Positions 18,269-31,700 of a stretch of 64,000 nucleotides of DNA are shown in pieces (within the stretch, counting starts at the first letter, position 1; every line of letters starts with the position of its first letter). The DNA comes from a virus: positions 20,064-84,063 of the IMG/VR virus record IMGVR_UViG_3300017755_003154, one strand, 5' to 3'. The position numbers were made by a program, and so were the translations under genes. The notes under the pieces were generated by a model that saw only the letters and a list, made by a program, of their open reading frames with translations, searched no databases and was not told the origin of the DNA.

Positions 18269-20086
18269 TTACACACTAGATGTTAAGTTTTGACTAAATG
18301 TCCAATTCCCACCTGCTGTGACGTATTCTTTCAACGCTCTAGTTACACTAACTGTAACTACACCCGTTGCATCTGTAAAGCCAATATCTTGTAATACTGA
18401 CTCGTTTTGTACTCCTGCGGCATCTACTGCTATAAATGATTTTGTAGCAACCGCCGCAATATCGATCCCTGTTACACTTGCGCCGCCAAGTGTTGTACAG
18501 TGAATACGTGCAGTTGTACCGTTCGCAACAGTACTTGATGGAACTAAGTCGTTTAAGACCAAACCAATTTGAGTATCATTTAAACCTGTAACATCCATAC
18601 TAAACGAAATTGCAGAACCTGCGATTGCTTCGTCTACATAAACCTTATTTGCTCCATCAGTATCCTGTGTTGGCTGTGCCATCGCAGTAATTTTTTGATT
18701 TGATATATTAAGGTCGCCATTTGGACTAATTGTAATTCCACTAGCGCCTGTTATAGTGCTTCCGTTTATGTTGATGTTATCAACGTCTAATGATGTTAGT
18801 GTTCCTACACTTGTAAGACTTGATGCTGTTACTCCAGTTCCTAATGTTGTTGCATTAAGTACAGAATTCCCTGCAATTTTGTATTCGTTACCTGTAGTAA
18901 CATTAATATTTTCTGTTGCTGTCCAACTGTTTGTTGCTTGTATCCAAGTCCATTTTTTATCTACACCTGTTACTCTTATAACCATACCAGCATCGTCAAC
19001 GCCCGAGTCTGTTAAAAGTGTACTATCACTTGTAATTGCAAGTTCAATTTGTTTATCTTCAACTCGTAATGTGCTTACATCTATACTTGCACTAGAACCT
19101 TCTACTACTAAATTTCCTGTTACACGGATATCACCTGTAACATCTAATGTATACTCTGGTGTGTTATCAAAAATACCTACACGTTTATTTGCCGCGTCTA
19201 TGAATACAGCATCTACTTGCTGTGATCCAGCCGCTGTACTTGTTACTCTAATTGTATAATTTTCATCTAACTGCTGGTTAGCAGTAACAAACGAATTACC
19301 AATTATGCTTTGTACTTGGTTAGCGTTTGGTCCAATAGTAACACCTGCTGAGTTACTTACTGTCAGTGATCCTGTTACTGTGTTATTTGTAGTAGAACTT
19401 ACAAAGTTGTCTGCTCCAACTTTAGTACCGTCTGCTTTAATTAATGCTTTTGCCGCGTCTGCTGTACCTTCAAATAAGAAAGTATCTTTATCAATAATAT
19501 TAATACCTTTTTTGATATTACCTGTAATACCTGTTATTCCATATCCTACTGCTGGAGTAAATTCTACATTACTAATTACAGCGGCTCTAGAAGTAGTTCC
19601 GTCTGTTCCATTACCTAAGTATAAACTTGCAAGTGTACGACTTCTATCTTGGGTATCAAGTACACTTTCAATTCTAAATCCTGTTTCACCTTGACCTGCT
19701 GTATAAATTGGTCCTGCTAATGATAAATCAGTTCCGTCATAAAAGTAAAGTTGGTTGTTGACATTGTCCATCCATAAGTCACCAGCAACCATGTTAGGTT
19801 GTGTTTTTTGCACAAATGGTCCGCCAACTGCTTTAAATACAGTCCCTTCATAAACTTTCAAACGTGCTTCACTAGTATCCCACCAAACTTGTCCTGGTAT
19901 TGGATTAGTTGGTGAGTTTGCATTACTAAAATTTTCTAGTAATTTTATAAAGTTTTCATTAAATGCTTCACCGTATCCGGTGTAGTTTCTGCCTACTAAT
20001 GTTAATGATGTGCTATTAACATCTATAGTACCATCAATTAAATCTACTAGTAATGACCCATCTGTTTTGTTTAGTTTGTATGCCAT
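18269..20086 (-). CDS. Tail fibre / baseplate-attached fibre protein
   Basis: Same N-terminal domain as the neighbouring fibres; beta-rich Thr/Gly composition. Confidence 0.7.
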   Translation of the reverse strand: MAYKLNKTDGSLLVDLIDGTIDVNSTSLTLVGRNYTGYGEAFNENFIKLLENFSNANSPTNPIPGQVWWDTSEARLKVYEGTVFKAVGGPFVQKTQPNMVAGDLWMDNVNNQLYFYDGTDLSLAGPIYTAGQGETGFRIESVLDTQDRSRTLASLYLGNGTDGTTSRAAVISNVEFTPAVGYGITGITGNIKKGINIIDKDTFLFEGTADAAKALIKADGTKVGADNFVSSTTNNTVTGSLTVSNSAGVTIGPNANQVQSIIGNSFVTANQQLDENYTIRVTSTAAGSQQVDAVFIDAANKRVGIFDNTPEYTLDVTGDIRVTGNLVVEGSSASIDVSTLRVEDKQIELAITSDSTLLTDSGVDDAGMVIRVTGVDKKWTWIQATNSWTATENINVTTGNEYKIAGNSVLNATTLGTGVTASSLTSVGTLTSLDVDNININGSTITGASGITISPNGDLNISNQKITAMAQPTQDTDGANKVYVDEAIAGSAISFSMDVTGLNDTQIGLVLNDLVPSSTVANGTTARIHCTTLGGASVTGIDIAAVATKSFIAVDAAGVQNESVLQDIGFTDATGVVTVSVTRALKEYVTAGGNWTFSQNLTSSV

Positions 20087-22110
20087 TAAACTTTCCCTGT
20101 GTAAATTATGTAATTTAAGGACATAAACGGACTTAATGTTTCCATTGCTTGTCCGGTTGTTCCTGCAACACCACCACTTGTGGTTACAGCCTGCCCTGCA
20201 TTTTGTCCTGTTGGTGCATCAAAAGTAATTGATGATACTGGACTGTTTGCATCTTTTGCCGCATCTAATATTGCATAAAACTGTGTACCTTCAACAACTA
20301 AATCATGTTCGTGATCTGGTAAGTTATTTTGTTGTATTGTAACTGTTTCTTGACCGCCACTGTTACCAAGTTCACTACCTTGTAAACCTGTAATTCTACT
20401 TGCCGCTGTTCCGCCCATATCATCTAGACCCATAACAGTTCTACCACGCATATCAGGTAGTGCAAATTTTGCTACACCATTATCACTTAATAATCCTGTT
20501 TGCTTGTATGTAAATCCAATTATTTCAAATAGTTCAGGATAATCTGCTTGTAATATTTCTTGTCCGTAACATAATAACCAAAACGTCGGTGCTGTTGTAC
20601 CTGCATATGGCATCATTACACCTGGTGGATTAACTGGAACTGTTGATAATAAATCTCTTCTACTTACTCTATAAAGTCCAACTTGCCCTTGTACTCTGTT
20701 TAACAAAAATTCGTCACTAGCGTCGACATCACCTGTGTAGGTTTTATTACTAATAAAACTGTTTGCAATAGTTGTTTGAAAAGTTTTTGTGCCACCGCCT
20801 GTTTGTCCGTCAAATATTATAGTTGGCGCACTTACTTCACCTTGTAATTGGAAATTTGTAGAACTAGAAAGTTTGTCTGCACTGCCTGCTCTACCACTTA
20901 CTTGTCCAGTAACGTTACCAGTTAAGTTTCCTATAAAAGTTGTTGCATATATTCCTGTATATTTGTTTGCTAATGATCCAATAGTTCTTGTGTTTGTTAC
21001 ATCTGGAATAATATTTCTAGTTTCTGTATCACCTAGTACATTTATTGTTCCGCCGATATTTAAATCACCTGCAATACCTGTACCGCCTTTTACAATTAAA
21101 CTACCTGTACCAAAGTTTGTACTTGCAGTAGTTCCGTCAATAGTAATTGAATCACTAACTTTAATTTTACCTGTTACATCTAATGCTTCACTTGGTGCTG
21201 TATTATTAATACCAACATTTGTTGTTGAATCAACTCGCATTACTGTCTTTGTAGTACCTTGATCGTTTACACGAAAATCTAAACTAGCACCACTTGTATT
21301 GTGACTAACAACACCAATTTGTCCTTCAACACCTAATGCAACTTGGTTTCCACTACCTAAAATAATACCGTCGTCTGTGTTTACTTTTAATTGTTTTGTT
21401 GTTGTGCTAACAACATCACCACGTAAGAAATTTGCGGCAGGAACCTTTGTACCTGCTACTACTAAATTTTCTGCTTGTTCAGCAGGCCCATAAAATCTTG
21501 CGGCACCATCACCTGTTATATCTGCTGTGCTTAAATTAATACCTGGATTAATTTGACCAAAGCCGTTTATTTCTGCTCTTGCTGTAAATGTATCGGCACT
21601 AATAATTGCAACCGGTTTAGCATTTATATCAACTTGTAGTGCAGTGTACTCTTTATTGTCTTGTGCTAATATAGTTACTGGACTTACACCTGTACTTAAA
21701 CCACCAGCGTACTCCGGACCAATTAGTGTCCAGCCAGAACCTGTATACAAATATAATTGTTGGTTATCAGTATCAACCCAAAGATCACCTGTGGTACTAC
21801 TTGCGGCTTCTGGTTGGTTGGTTGCTTTTTTCAAACCACCACTTGCTACCCAATTTGTTCCATCGTATACTCTAAGTTGTTCGCTACCTACTGTAGTATC
21901 GTACCATAATTGTCCTTCAACTGGATTTGATGGAGAAGATGCGTTAGCAAAGTTTTCTAATATCTTTAAAAAGTTTTGATTAAATTCAACACCATAACTA
22001 GTGGTATTACGTCCAACTAAACTTAAACTAGTTGATACGTTGATTTCATTGTCTTCAACTGTGACGCTACCTTTGTTTGTTACGTCAGTGAAATTAATTG
22101 TATAAGGCAT
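20086..22110 (-). CDS. Tail fibre with phage tail collar domain
   Basis: PPGVMMPYAGTTAPTFWLLCYGQ..YPELFEIIG..FALPDMRGR collar motif; C-terminal PFMSLNYIIY. Confidence 0.8.
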   Translation of the reverse strand: MPYTINFTDVTNKGSVTVEDNEINVSTSLSLVGRNTTSYGVEFNQNFLKILENFANASSPSNPVEGQLWYDTTVGSEQLRVYDGTNWVASGGLKKATNQPEAASSTTGDLWVDTDNQQLYLYTGSGWTLIGPEYAGGLSTGVSPVTILAQDNKEYTALQVDINAKPVAIISADTFTARAEINGFGQINPGINLSTADITGDGAARFYGPAEQAENLVVAGTKVPAANFLRGDVVSTTTKQLKVNTDDGIILGSGNQVALGVEGQIGVVSHNTSGASLDFRVNDQGTTKTVMRVDSTTNVGINNTAPSEALDVTGKIKVSDSITIDGTTASTNFGTGSLIVKGGTGIAGDLNIGGTINVLGDTETRNIIPDVTNTRTIGSLANKYTGIYATTFIGNLTGNVTGQVSGRAGSADKLSSSTNFQLQGEVSAPTIIFDGQTGGGTKTFQTTIANSFISNKTYTGDVDASDEFLLNRVQGQVGLYRVSRRDLLSTVPVNPPGVMMPYAGTTAPTFWLLCYGQEILQADYPELFEIIGFTYKQTGLLSDNGVAKFALPDMRGRTVMGLDDMGGTAASRITGLQGSELGNSGGQETVTIQQNNLPDHEHDLVVEGTQFYAILDAAKDANSPVSSITFDAPTGQNAGQAVTTSGGVAGTTGQAMETLSPFMSLNYIIYTGKV

Positions 22111-22113
22111 CTA

Positions 22114-22731
22114 TTAAACTCCTGACAAACTTTGTACACGCACTGTATAATCAATTTGAACTAATCTGTTTAAACTTTTTTGTACAGGGTGGAAAATAAC
22201 ATGGGTAATTAATCTACCTGTGCCTGATGGGCTATAACTCTTAAGTCCTAGTTCGTCAAACACATAAAGGTTATCTGTATCTGTAGCAGTATCAAATGCA
22301 TCTTGACCTTCTGGTTCACCGTAATCTAACAAACAAGTTACAACAACATCTGTGTAATTTGTTCCACTAACATGACGAGTTTCAATCTTGTTTCTTACAG
22401 GATCTGTGTTGCTTGTACTCCTGTCATCTACTACTTTAGTAAATGTTTGATTATACAAACTTGCATTTGTTCCTGTACTATTTGGAGTTAGGTATGTAAT
22501 TACACCTGTTGGATCAACGCTTGTACCACCGTTACCAAAACTCATTTCGTATATCATCCCTTGACCTTGATTTGCAAGGCTTTCTGCAAGAGCAATACTC
22601 ATATTCTCGTAGTGAATAGCATTACGCTTATCAACATACACTTCGCCAGTTTTAGGGTCATGTATTTTGATATGTCCTTTAACTACTACTCCGCTTTTAT
22701 CATTTAATTTGTCTGTCATGTTTTCTCTCAC
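22114..22731 (-). CDS. Putative baseplate/virion structural protein (likely start ATG 22719)
   Basis: Position within the structural module; AATAAATA late-promoter-like site at 22740-22747. Confidence 0.6.
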   Translation of the reverse strand: MRENMTDKLNDKSGVVVKGHIKIHDPKTGEVYVDKRNAIHYENMSIALAESLANQGQGMIYEMSFGNGGTSVDPTGVITYLTPNSTGTNASLYNQTFTKVVDDRSTSNTDPVRNKIETRHVSGTNYTDVVVTCLLDYGEPEGQDAFDTATDTDNLYVFDELGLKSYSPSGTGRLITHVIFHPVQKSLNRLVQIDYTVRVQSLSGV

Positions 22732-22742
22732 TGCTACTGTAT

Positions 22743-25700
22743 TTATTTAGGTAGTTCCGTTGTTCTTGCCTTAAGAAACTGTGCAACGTCATTTTCTGCA
22801 TCAACTAGGCTTTCTCCTGCTTTTGTCCATGTTTGTCCAATGCGTCTAACCACCGTAACCTTCTGATCTTGCTCTGGTGTAACTGCTAACCCCAATGTAC
22901 TACCACTTAAAGTGAATTCTACTGGTAAAGTTACGTCTCCCTCGGCACTATCTTGTGCAATAAACCTAGTTACAAAGTTACCCGCACTATCTTTAGTGTC
23001 TACTTGATAACTACTTATCGCATTTTTACGAAGTCTGCGTCCAGCAACAAATACTTCAAACTCATTTACACCTTGTGTAGGTGTAAAGTCTAATTCAAAT
23101 GATGCTGTAGTACCATCTGCTGTAAACACTTGTGTAAGTGTTTGATCTGTGTAAGGAGCATTTTCTCCTGGACTTTGATCTCTTACTTCAGTTCCTGAAG
23201 CAATTAATGTGTTTACACCTGTACCTAATGTACCTCTACGTATTTGACGTAAACTATTTCCTTGCTTCACGTAGTACTCAATTCTTTCACCGTTTATAAA
23301 CACAACACCCGGTATTTGTTTCTTTTTACCTGGTTCAGGTAAATCAGAAGCATCTACTAGTTCAATTCTAGTATCCCACCAATTAAGGTCCTGTGCTAGT
23401 TTATACTTATTCGCATCGTCCAATCGCTTGTAGTGAACGCGGTTCAATATATCTTTAAACTGTCTATATCCAAATCTATGAGTTAATTGCTCTTCTCCAA
23501 ATTGTATTATTTCAACTTTGTCATTTGCACTTAATTTTTTAAGAATTTTTACATGTAGTTTATCTTCTTCTAAGTAATAATCAACATTTGGTGCTAATCT
23601 TACGCCATTTATAATTACCCATACATATTCAGAATCTTGTGATTTATTCCTTAATTCTACAAGTCCGTTACTTAAATTAATATATTCTTTAAAGTTAGTT
23701 GTTCCTGGTACAAGCGTAACTCTACTTACTAAGTTGTATTTGATACGCTCAAAATCTTGTATATCATGATTACTAAATGACGTAATTCTTACTGTTTCTC
23801 CTAGAGTAGGTGCTGTATCAAAATATATTTTGCTTCTATCTTGCAAAAATTTGGTACTGCTATCTGCACCAACGCCTACATAACCAAATGCATATTGTCC
23901 ATCAATGCTAAAGAACACATCTAGTTTGTCTCCAACTCCGCCGATACCTGCTGATAATACAACACTATTATTTGAACTATCCCATCTATATTGAACGTTC
24001 TTCACAAGCAACTCATCATTTAAGTAAACTTCAATGTCCTCACCTCTAACACTATTAGTTAAAAATTGCCATTCTTGAATTTGATACTCTCTAGTTGATG
24101 CATTTGTTATTGTAAAGTCTACATTATAACCTGCATCAAGTATATTATTGTTAAGTTCAACAATAGCATTTTGTGCAGTTGGTAATCCGCCAACTAGTGC
24201 TGGGTTAACATCAAATATTGTTGTTGAACCATCACCGATTAGTGTTTGCACATTAGTTGCACTAAAGTTTTTAGCAGTTGTATAAAATAATCCATAATCA
24301 ACAAGTTGCCCTGCTTGCGGTGCTGTGTCAAATGTAATTACAAAATTTTTGTTTGCATCTTCGGATAATGTAGAATTTATTACTACACCATTTATAGTTA
24401 CATAATGACTTACACCTGTTTGATATTTTAAATTAGTAGTGTATGTATTTGTACTTCCGTCTGCAACAAATTTATTAATGTCTAAAATTTTCTGTCCGCT
24501 TACACCCATTGTAACTATGCTTAATACTTTTCCTGCTGTTGGTGCAGTTGTAAATGTTATTGAATCGTTTACGTAATTAATAGTGTAATCTGTGTTAGCA
24601 ACTCTTACATTATCAATACTTACAAAAACTGCTTCACTATTATGAGGATGTATTCCAGTATTATAAGTTTGTGTTACTCCGTCTGTTTGGAAGAATTGTG
24701 TTTGTACATTACTTGTTCCATCATCTGGTCTGTGGAAAACTTTAATGTCAACTGTATCTGAAATTTTTCCTGGAACAAGTTCTTCAGGTCCAGTAGTTGT
24801 CATTGGTGTAATAAATCCGTCACCATCTACAATAATATCACTTGCATCAATACCTTTAGCATTACTATATGATAATGCGCCTCCAGTTAGTTCAGTGTCA
24901 TAACTTGCAGGGTCTGGTTGAAAACTACCATCACTAGTAGTTTTTCTTATTACAAATATATCATCATCTTTTGTTGTTATTCCAAAGTTTTGGATATTGA
25001 TACTTGTCAATACTCCATCACCTGTAATACTTGTCATAACAGCATTTGGATTTGTAGGATTACTTGGATAATTTGCATCATCAAGTCTTACATTATTTTT
25101 ATAAACATTGTAAACTACTCCATCTTCTAACGGTGTAGTCCAAGTAAGTTCTGCTGTTGAACCGTCTAAGTAAAAAATAATGTCTTCAAATGTTGAGTCG
25201 TAAATATCATATGCTTCTACACCAAAGCCTTTTGTTTCAAATCCACCTGCTTGAGAAAAGTCAAAACTTTTTACTTCTACACCACCAAAGTCAACACCCA
25301 TCATAAGTTGTGAAATATCTTTGCCAATCATTCCATCTATTGGTTTATAGTATGACTGTACTCTATCTTGTGCAGTTAATAAGTCAGGCGCTAATTCATA
25401 ATCCACTTTAATTGTTTTTGTCATTAAAGGAGGTGTATCAAATATAATTCTACCGCGTTTTCTATCATAACTTTTAGTACTATCTACATAATTTAAATAT
25501 GAGTATTCACTTTTTAATAATTCTACTCCGTTTATATAAATCTTTACTTTGGCTCCGTTTAAGTTCATTGGCCAACTCAAATTATATACTGCTGTAACGT
25601 TATCTCCAGTAAATGTTTCTGATCTTGCTACTTCTAAATAATAAGGGTTACCACTTACTCTATCAAATCGTGATATAATATGTGTACCTCTAACTTTACC

Positions 25701-28700
25701 ATTTCCAAGCACTGCTCTTGCAGTACATTTAGTTCCGCCATCTTCTACACTACCATTTAGTATTACATCTGGTGATTTCAAATAACCACTACCAGGATTA
25801 GTAACTTCAATTTTATTTACTTTACCATTATTCAAAAATGCTTTTGCTGTAGCGCCAGTACCACCGCCGCCTTCAATACTTACTATTGGAGGTAAAGTAT
25901 AGTTTGATCCTGAATTACCAACTGAAATTTCTTTTATTTGGTATCCACTATTTTCTAACCAATGCTTATCTGGATAAACGCTAGTACTATTTGATACACT
26001 TGTAATTGTATTATTAGAAACTTTAGCATTACTACTTAAAATTTTCTTTTTAGAAAAACTATATCTAGGCGGTAAATCAAAATCTGCAATTATACTATTT
26101 GTAGGATCAGTTTTTTCGTAACTAGAAACATACTCTCTAATTTTAGTTTTAAATGGTTTTACTTCATTAATATAATCTTGGTAATTGTCAATATTGTCAT
26201 TTTTAAATGTAACCTTTTGCATTAAGTCACCAACATTGTGTTGTGCTTTAATAAATGATGTTTTAAATGCCCAGTCAATATTTGGTTGTTCACTAAATGC
26301 GTAACGTATACTTGCAAGAAACAACTCGTTATAATGTACTTCTAAATTATCAACTAAAATATGATCTCTTAGTGTTTCTAAAACTACTCTAGATTCAGTT
26401 ACAGGTTGATTGTCATAAAATGTTGTATCAAATGTATCAGTATCAAATCCAGTTTTGTTTAAACTAGTATTATATAGTTTAGGACTAAATTGAATAGTTG
26501 CATTTTGCTTTCCTATTACTTTATAGTTTTGTGTGTAATCTTCAGTTTGTAAATTTGCAATTTTTTCTAACAGCAACCAACCGCCTGAACCTATTGAGGA
26601 AATTTTAACTGTTTCACCAATATTATTTTCCAAAGCAGATAACTGGTAACTAAAATCAATTAGACTATCAATTTCTGTAAATTCGCTATATCCTGCCGCA
26701 TACCAATCTGCATAATTCCAATATAAATTTGTATCAAAACGTTGACTTACAGTTCTGTTCCATCTAGTACCAGTGTAGTTATATAGCGACCATTTGTTAG
26801 CAACATTTGAATCACTTGCAACAAGTACACTAAAATTCCTCACTGAAAGTGTAGTATTTTCATCATAACCTATACCTGGATCAACAATATTAATTTTTAT
26901 AATTTGTCCTAGTTCATTTATTTCAGATTCTAATACAGCATCTCTACCAATACCTGTCACTGTAATTTTAGGACCTAATCTAGTTCCACCTACAGTTGAA
27001 TCATAAGTTGGATCTACGTATCCTTTGCCAGAATTAGGAATAGCAACACTTGTAATCTTACCATCTACTACTGTTGGTGTTAACAAGGCTGTAACTCTTT
27101 TTGCTATACCAACAAATGCAAGGTCTTCGTATGTATCAATTTTGATATCATATTCTCTTGAACTTGCAAACGGTGCCGGATCACTTTTTGTCAAATCACT
27201 TATATTAAATTCATCAACAATAATATTTTTTATTAGCACATCATTGACTCGTTCAATAACTTCTTTAAATGCTTCTGATTTATTAAGAAACATAGCCTGT
27301 CTTGGATTGTTACTAATACCGTATTTTGCTTTTGCACTTAGTTTAGGATCTGGCACTAATCTAAATTGAGAATCATAACCAATTAAACTGTCAAACCATT
27401 TACGCTCAATATCTCTTGTAGGCTTGCTTGACCCAATACCTTGTGTTAACATCTGATATTCATTATGAATATTTTGGTCAATGTTATCAAGTGTGTAGTA
27501 ACGTAAATTAAATGCAACATTATTACCGCTCAATAATGGCTCACAGTTAAACAACACATATCTATCTTTTGCCATTAGTCCAACAAATCTATGTCCTTGT
27601 CCTACTGGATCTTCTATTAAACGTTTTACATCATACGCAGTAATTTTTCTATTAGCAGTTGTAGGTACAACACGCTTGTTTGCTACCCAATAATAATATT
27701 TCGCTACGCTAGTATTTGAAATAGGATCCCATTTTAATCTTTGAGAATATACACCATCACCGTATCTACTCAACCCACTTACTCCTGAAGCAATACCGTT
27801 TTCGCTATCTGCTAAGGCATCCCATTCACTTGGCAATAAGTCAGTTTCTACCCATTCGTATACTTCTACACTTGTACCAGGAAATACTTCTCCCCAAAAG
27901 TTAGTTTGGTATGTAACACTATTTTGTTGGTAGTTGTAAAATTTAACTGCACTAATATCCCACCATAGTTGGCCTGCATGTTCTGCACCCCAAGCATTAT
28001 CCTCATCAATAACAACAGTATCATTACCTAGACTATATGCCGCAGGATCATAATACGTTTTATATGATAATTCTTGTTCTGCTGGTCCAGCAATTTTGCC
28101 TTGTACTGGATCAATATAATCTAAGTCTTCAATAAGTGTGTTTGTTTGGGTGTTATATAAAAATGCACCTTTTATCTTTGCAATGTCTACTTGATCAATT
28201 GGGCTTCTGTGTGTTTTCCATGCTTTTGCACCTAATGTTTTTCTAAAGTCAATAATCATACCTTGGAATGTAGTAAGATCAGTAACTTCTGGGATAGCAG
28301 AATATACATGGTTTGTTTTCATTAATAAGTTTTTACCAAAATTAACTGCTAATGGTTCGTCAATAACAAATTCTTGTGCAAATAATAATGACTGATTAAT
28401 TCTTTCGTACATGAATACAACACCGCTGTCCATATCTGTTGATTTAAAGTTTGTAAACTCATCATCAAATATAGTTGTATTATTATCAAATGTAGTTGGC
28501 AATTCAATATCGCCATTTAATGATGTAACTGCTAACTGATTACCGTCAAAATTTAAATAAGCACCAAATTGTTCTGCTTGTTCCCCGTTTGGACTAAACA
28601 CTTCTTGGGTTAAAGTAAACGAACCGTCAACAAGCGTATATACATATACTTTACCTTGATCTTTTTTCTTATCATCATTGTAAGGTTCACCAATAGCAAG

Positions 28701-31700
28701 CATTTCTCCATCGTCACTTATGCTTATGCTATCACCAAAGCCTGTAAAAGATCCTGTTGATAAGTCTTCATAAGGTGGTTTAATAGTTTGAGATACCGTC
28801 ATTTGCCCTTCAGGTAATCTTCTATAAACAACAATTACACGCTCTCCTGTACTGTCATTGCCTTGTATTCTAGAACTTACAACTAAAACTTCACCATCTT
28901 TAGATTGATCAAATTTTCTTGCAAAATCTCTAACTCCATATTCAGGATCAAATACATCTTCTCCAATAAGTCTATTTGTACCGTCTGTTGGAATAAATCC
29001 TACATGTGCCGTTCCGTCTGTTACACTTTCCCAATCATCTGCGATAAATGCACTTCCGCTTGCAATATTTCTTTTTGCTTTATACAGTAGACTTCCGTTA
29101 TTAACAATTTCGCCTTCTTTATAGAAAACCTGTGAACTAAACAATCCTCTAAACTCAGGATCAATATCTAACTGCCATTCATATGTACTTGCAACGCCAT
29201 TTTTAGTTTCGCTACCATGCTTAATAAAATGTATACTACCTGCGTTTGATTGAGTTCCATTACCTTTTGATGCAACTAATATTCTATATAACGCACCGTC
29301 TTGGTTAATTTGAATTTCGTCACCAAGTTTTGCATTTGCTTTTCTTTCAGGTACTGTAAAATGATCTACTACATCAAACTGTATTTTTTCATTTAATTGA
29401 TATGCACTAAACATACCTTCTAATTGTAATCCACTTGTAAACGTGCCATTAGCATTTGATACTGGAATATTAGTAACTAGTTGCCAGTCATTATTATTTG
29501 ATGCTGGAATGTTAGGATCACGAGGTATACCTGCAAGTGTAATTTCATTATAGAACCAATATTCAAAATCATCAAGTTGACTAATTGTCGCATCTGGAAA
29601 ATTAGTATCTTCTTCCATAACAATAATTTTACCTATACGTGTGCCTTCTAAACTTACAGCATCTATTCTACCCATTCTACGATCAATAGCACCACGTGAA
29701 CGGAATATATCTGCATCTTGGTTATAAGTGTTTCCTTTGCTCCATGTACCAGTAATATTTTTTACATAAATTCTAACAGTGTTAAACTGTCTTTTATAAA
29801 AAGTTATTTCTGCTGTCGCACCAGTAACTGTATCTTTTACTGTATCTCCTACAATTGGTTCAAAAGGTAATTGATTTGCTTGATCAAACTCATCAAATGT
29901 AAAGTCAATATAGCCATCCCATAAATCATAAACAGTATGTTCTTTATCAAACAACGCTTTGCTCATTACAGTATCAGTAAAGTTTGTATTGCCACTTACA
30001 CTATCTACTGTCATGTTAAATTTACTACCGATACTTAATGTATCAGTAAATGGTTTGTTTCCTCTTACTACCCATAATGGGCTTTCCTGTAATGCAAATA
30101 CTTCTAAAGGATCACCTTCGTAAGTAAGTGTTTGTGCAAACGATGCTTGGTCCATTAAACTTAAAGTAGAACCCGAATTGTTAGCATCTTGTACTGCTAA
30201 CTGTCTAGCATCAGTAATATTATGATAAAAGTTTGGTGTGCTTCTTCCGCTTGCAGTTGTTAACAGATCTTGATAAATTAAACCATGTCCTGGATCAACA
30301 AATATATTTGTACTATCTGCACTTGTAGTATATGTTGGTGTATTAATAAACCAGTAACCACCTAAGCCACTTGTTAAATTAGTATAATCTTCTGTGTAAT
30401 CACCTATACGTATAGTACCAACAAATACTGATCCTGATTGATCGAATGTTCCGTTAACATCCGACAAGTAAACTGTACAAGTTGTTAAATCATTTGCTAC
30501 ATATACTACTTGTCCACTAGCAATAGTACTAGAAAGAGTATCACCAACTTGTGGTAAGTTTACAAAATTTTCGATTACTAATACATTGTCTACTTTATAT
30601 TCAATATTATGTCTGTCACTTAAAAATGCACCTGTTATTGCAGGGAATTCTCCGTCAAACGGTTGAACATCTGTTGACGCACCTTGGATATTTAATTTAC
30701 TAAAATTATTCCATTTAAGAACAATATCGTCGCCGGCTGTACTTCCTTCATACGCATTCAACGGCGCTCTTATAAGCATGTGTGCAACCGGACTGTCGTT
30801 AATTTTATAATTACCAGTTTGTAATAAATTAATAAAAGTACTATCGCTTTGAGAAACAATATCTACATAGGAATCAAAACTGCTAAAGGATATTGCACCT
30901 GTAGCAGGATCAATATTTTGTACTGCTTTATATAAGTTTGGACCATATTTTATAATTTGACCTTTTGTATAAGAAGTACCTTGTTGGAATTCTCCTTTAT
31001 AAAACCCGTATGTATTTGATGCTTGTGGAGAACCAACTACAAGAAATTTTCCATCTGGACTTAATGCTACACTTTCGCCAAATTGCATTGATGTTGTAGG
31101 TGTACTGCCGTCATATGCATCTGCAACATTAGTTGGAGCAGAGATAATTTGATCCAAAACAAAATTTGTACTATCGTTTGGACGCACATATATATGAACT
31201 TCGCCATTTCCTTTAAATGGAATACCTACTGCCATTTTTGTATTGCCATCGTTTACACTTATAGAATGACCGAAGCCGTGTTGTGTACTATCTAATTGTA
31301 ATGTACTTAATACTTTTTGATGTTCTGAATACACTGGAGCATTTTTTAGTACAGTCCATTTATTATTATCATCATTGTCAATCCATATTAATTCATTAGT
31401 TCCTAAATTAGCAGTAACATTTTTATTTGCATCTTTTATGGATGCTGTACGTTGTGTAGTAAAAATAGTTATTGTACCGCTAATATCAATTGTTTCGTCT
31501 ATCTCTTGCCAGTCTTGATTTTCAGTTTCAAAAGTTACATCATTACCTATAACTTTAGTTGCTTTATAAAATCCATCTAATGTTGTAAGTGACGCAGTAT
31601 TTGCATTAGTAATACCAAATATATCACCTACTGCAATATCTCTAGCAGTAAAGTTTAGGCCTAAAGTAATTTCACTTCCAACTGGAGTTACTGTTTCAAT

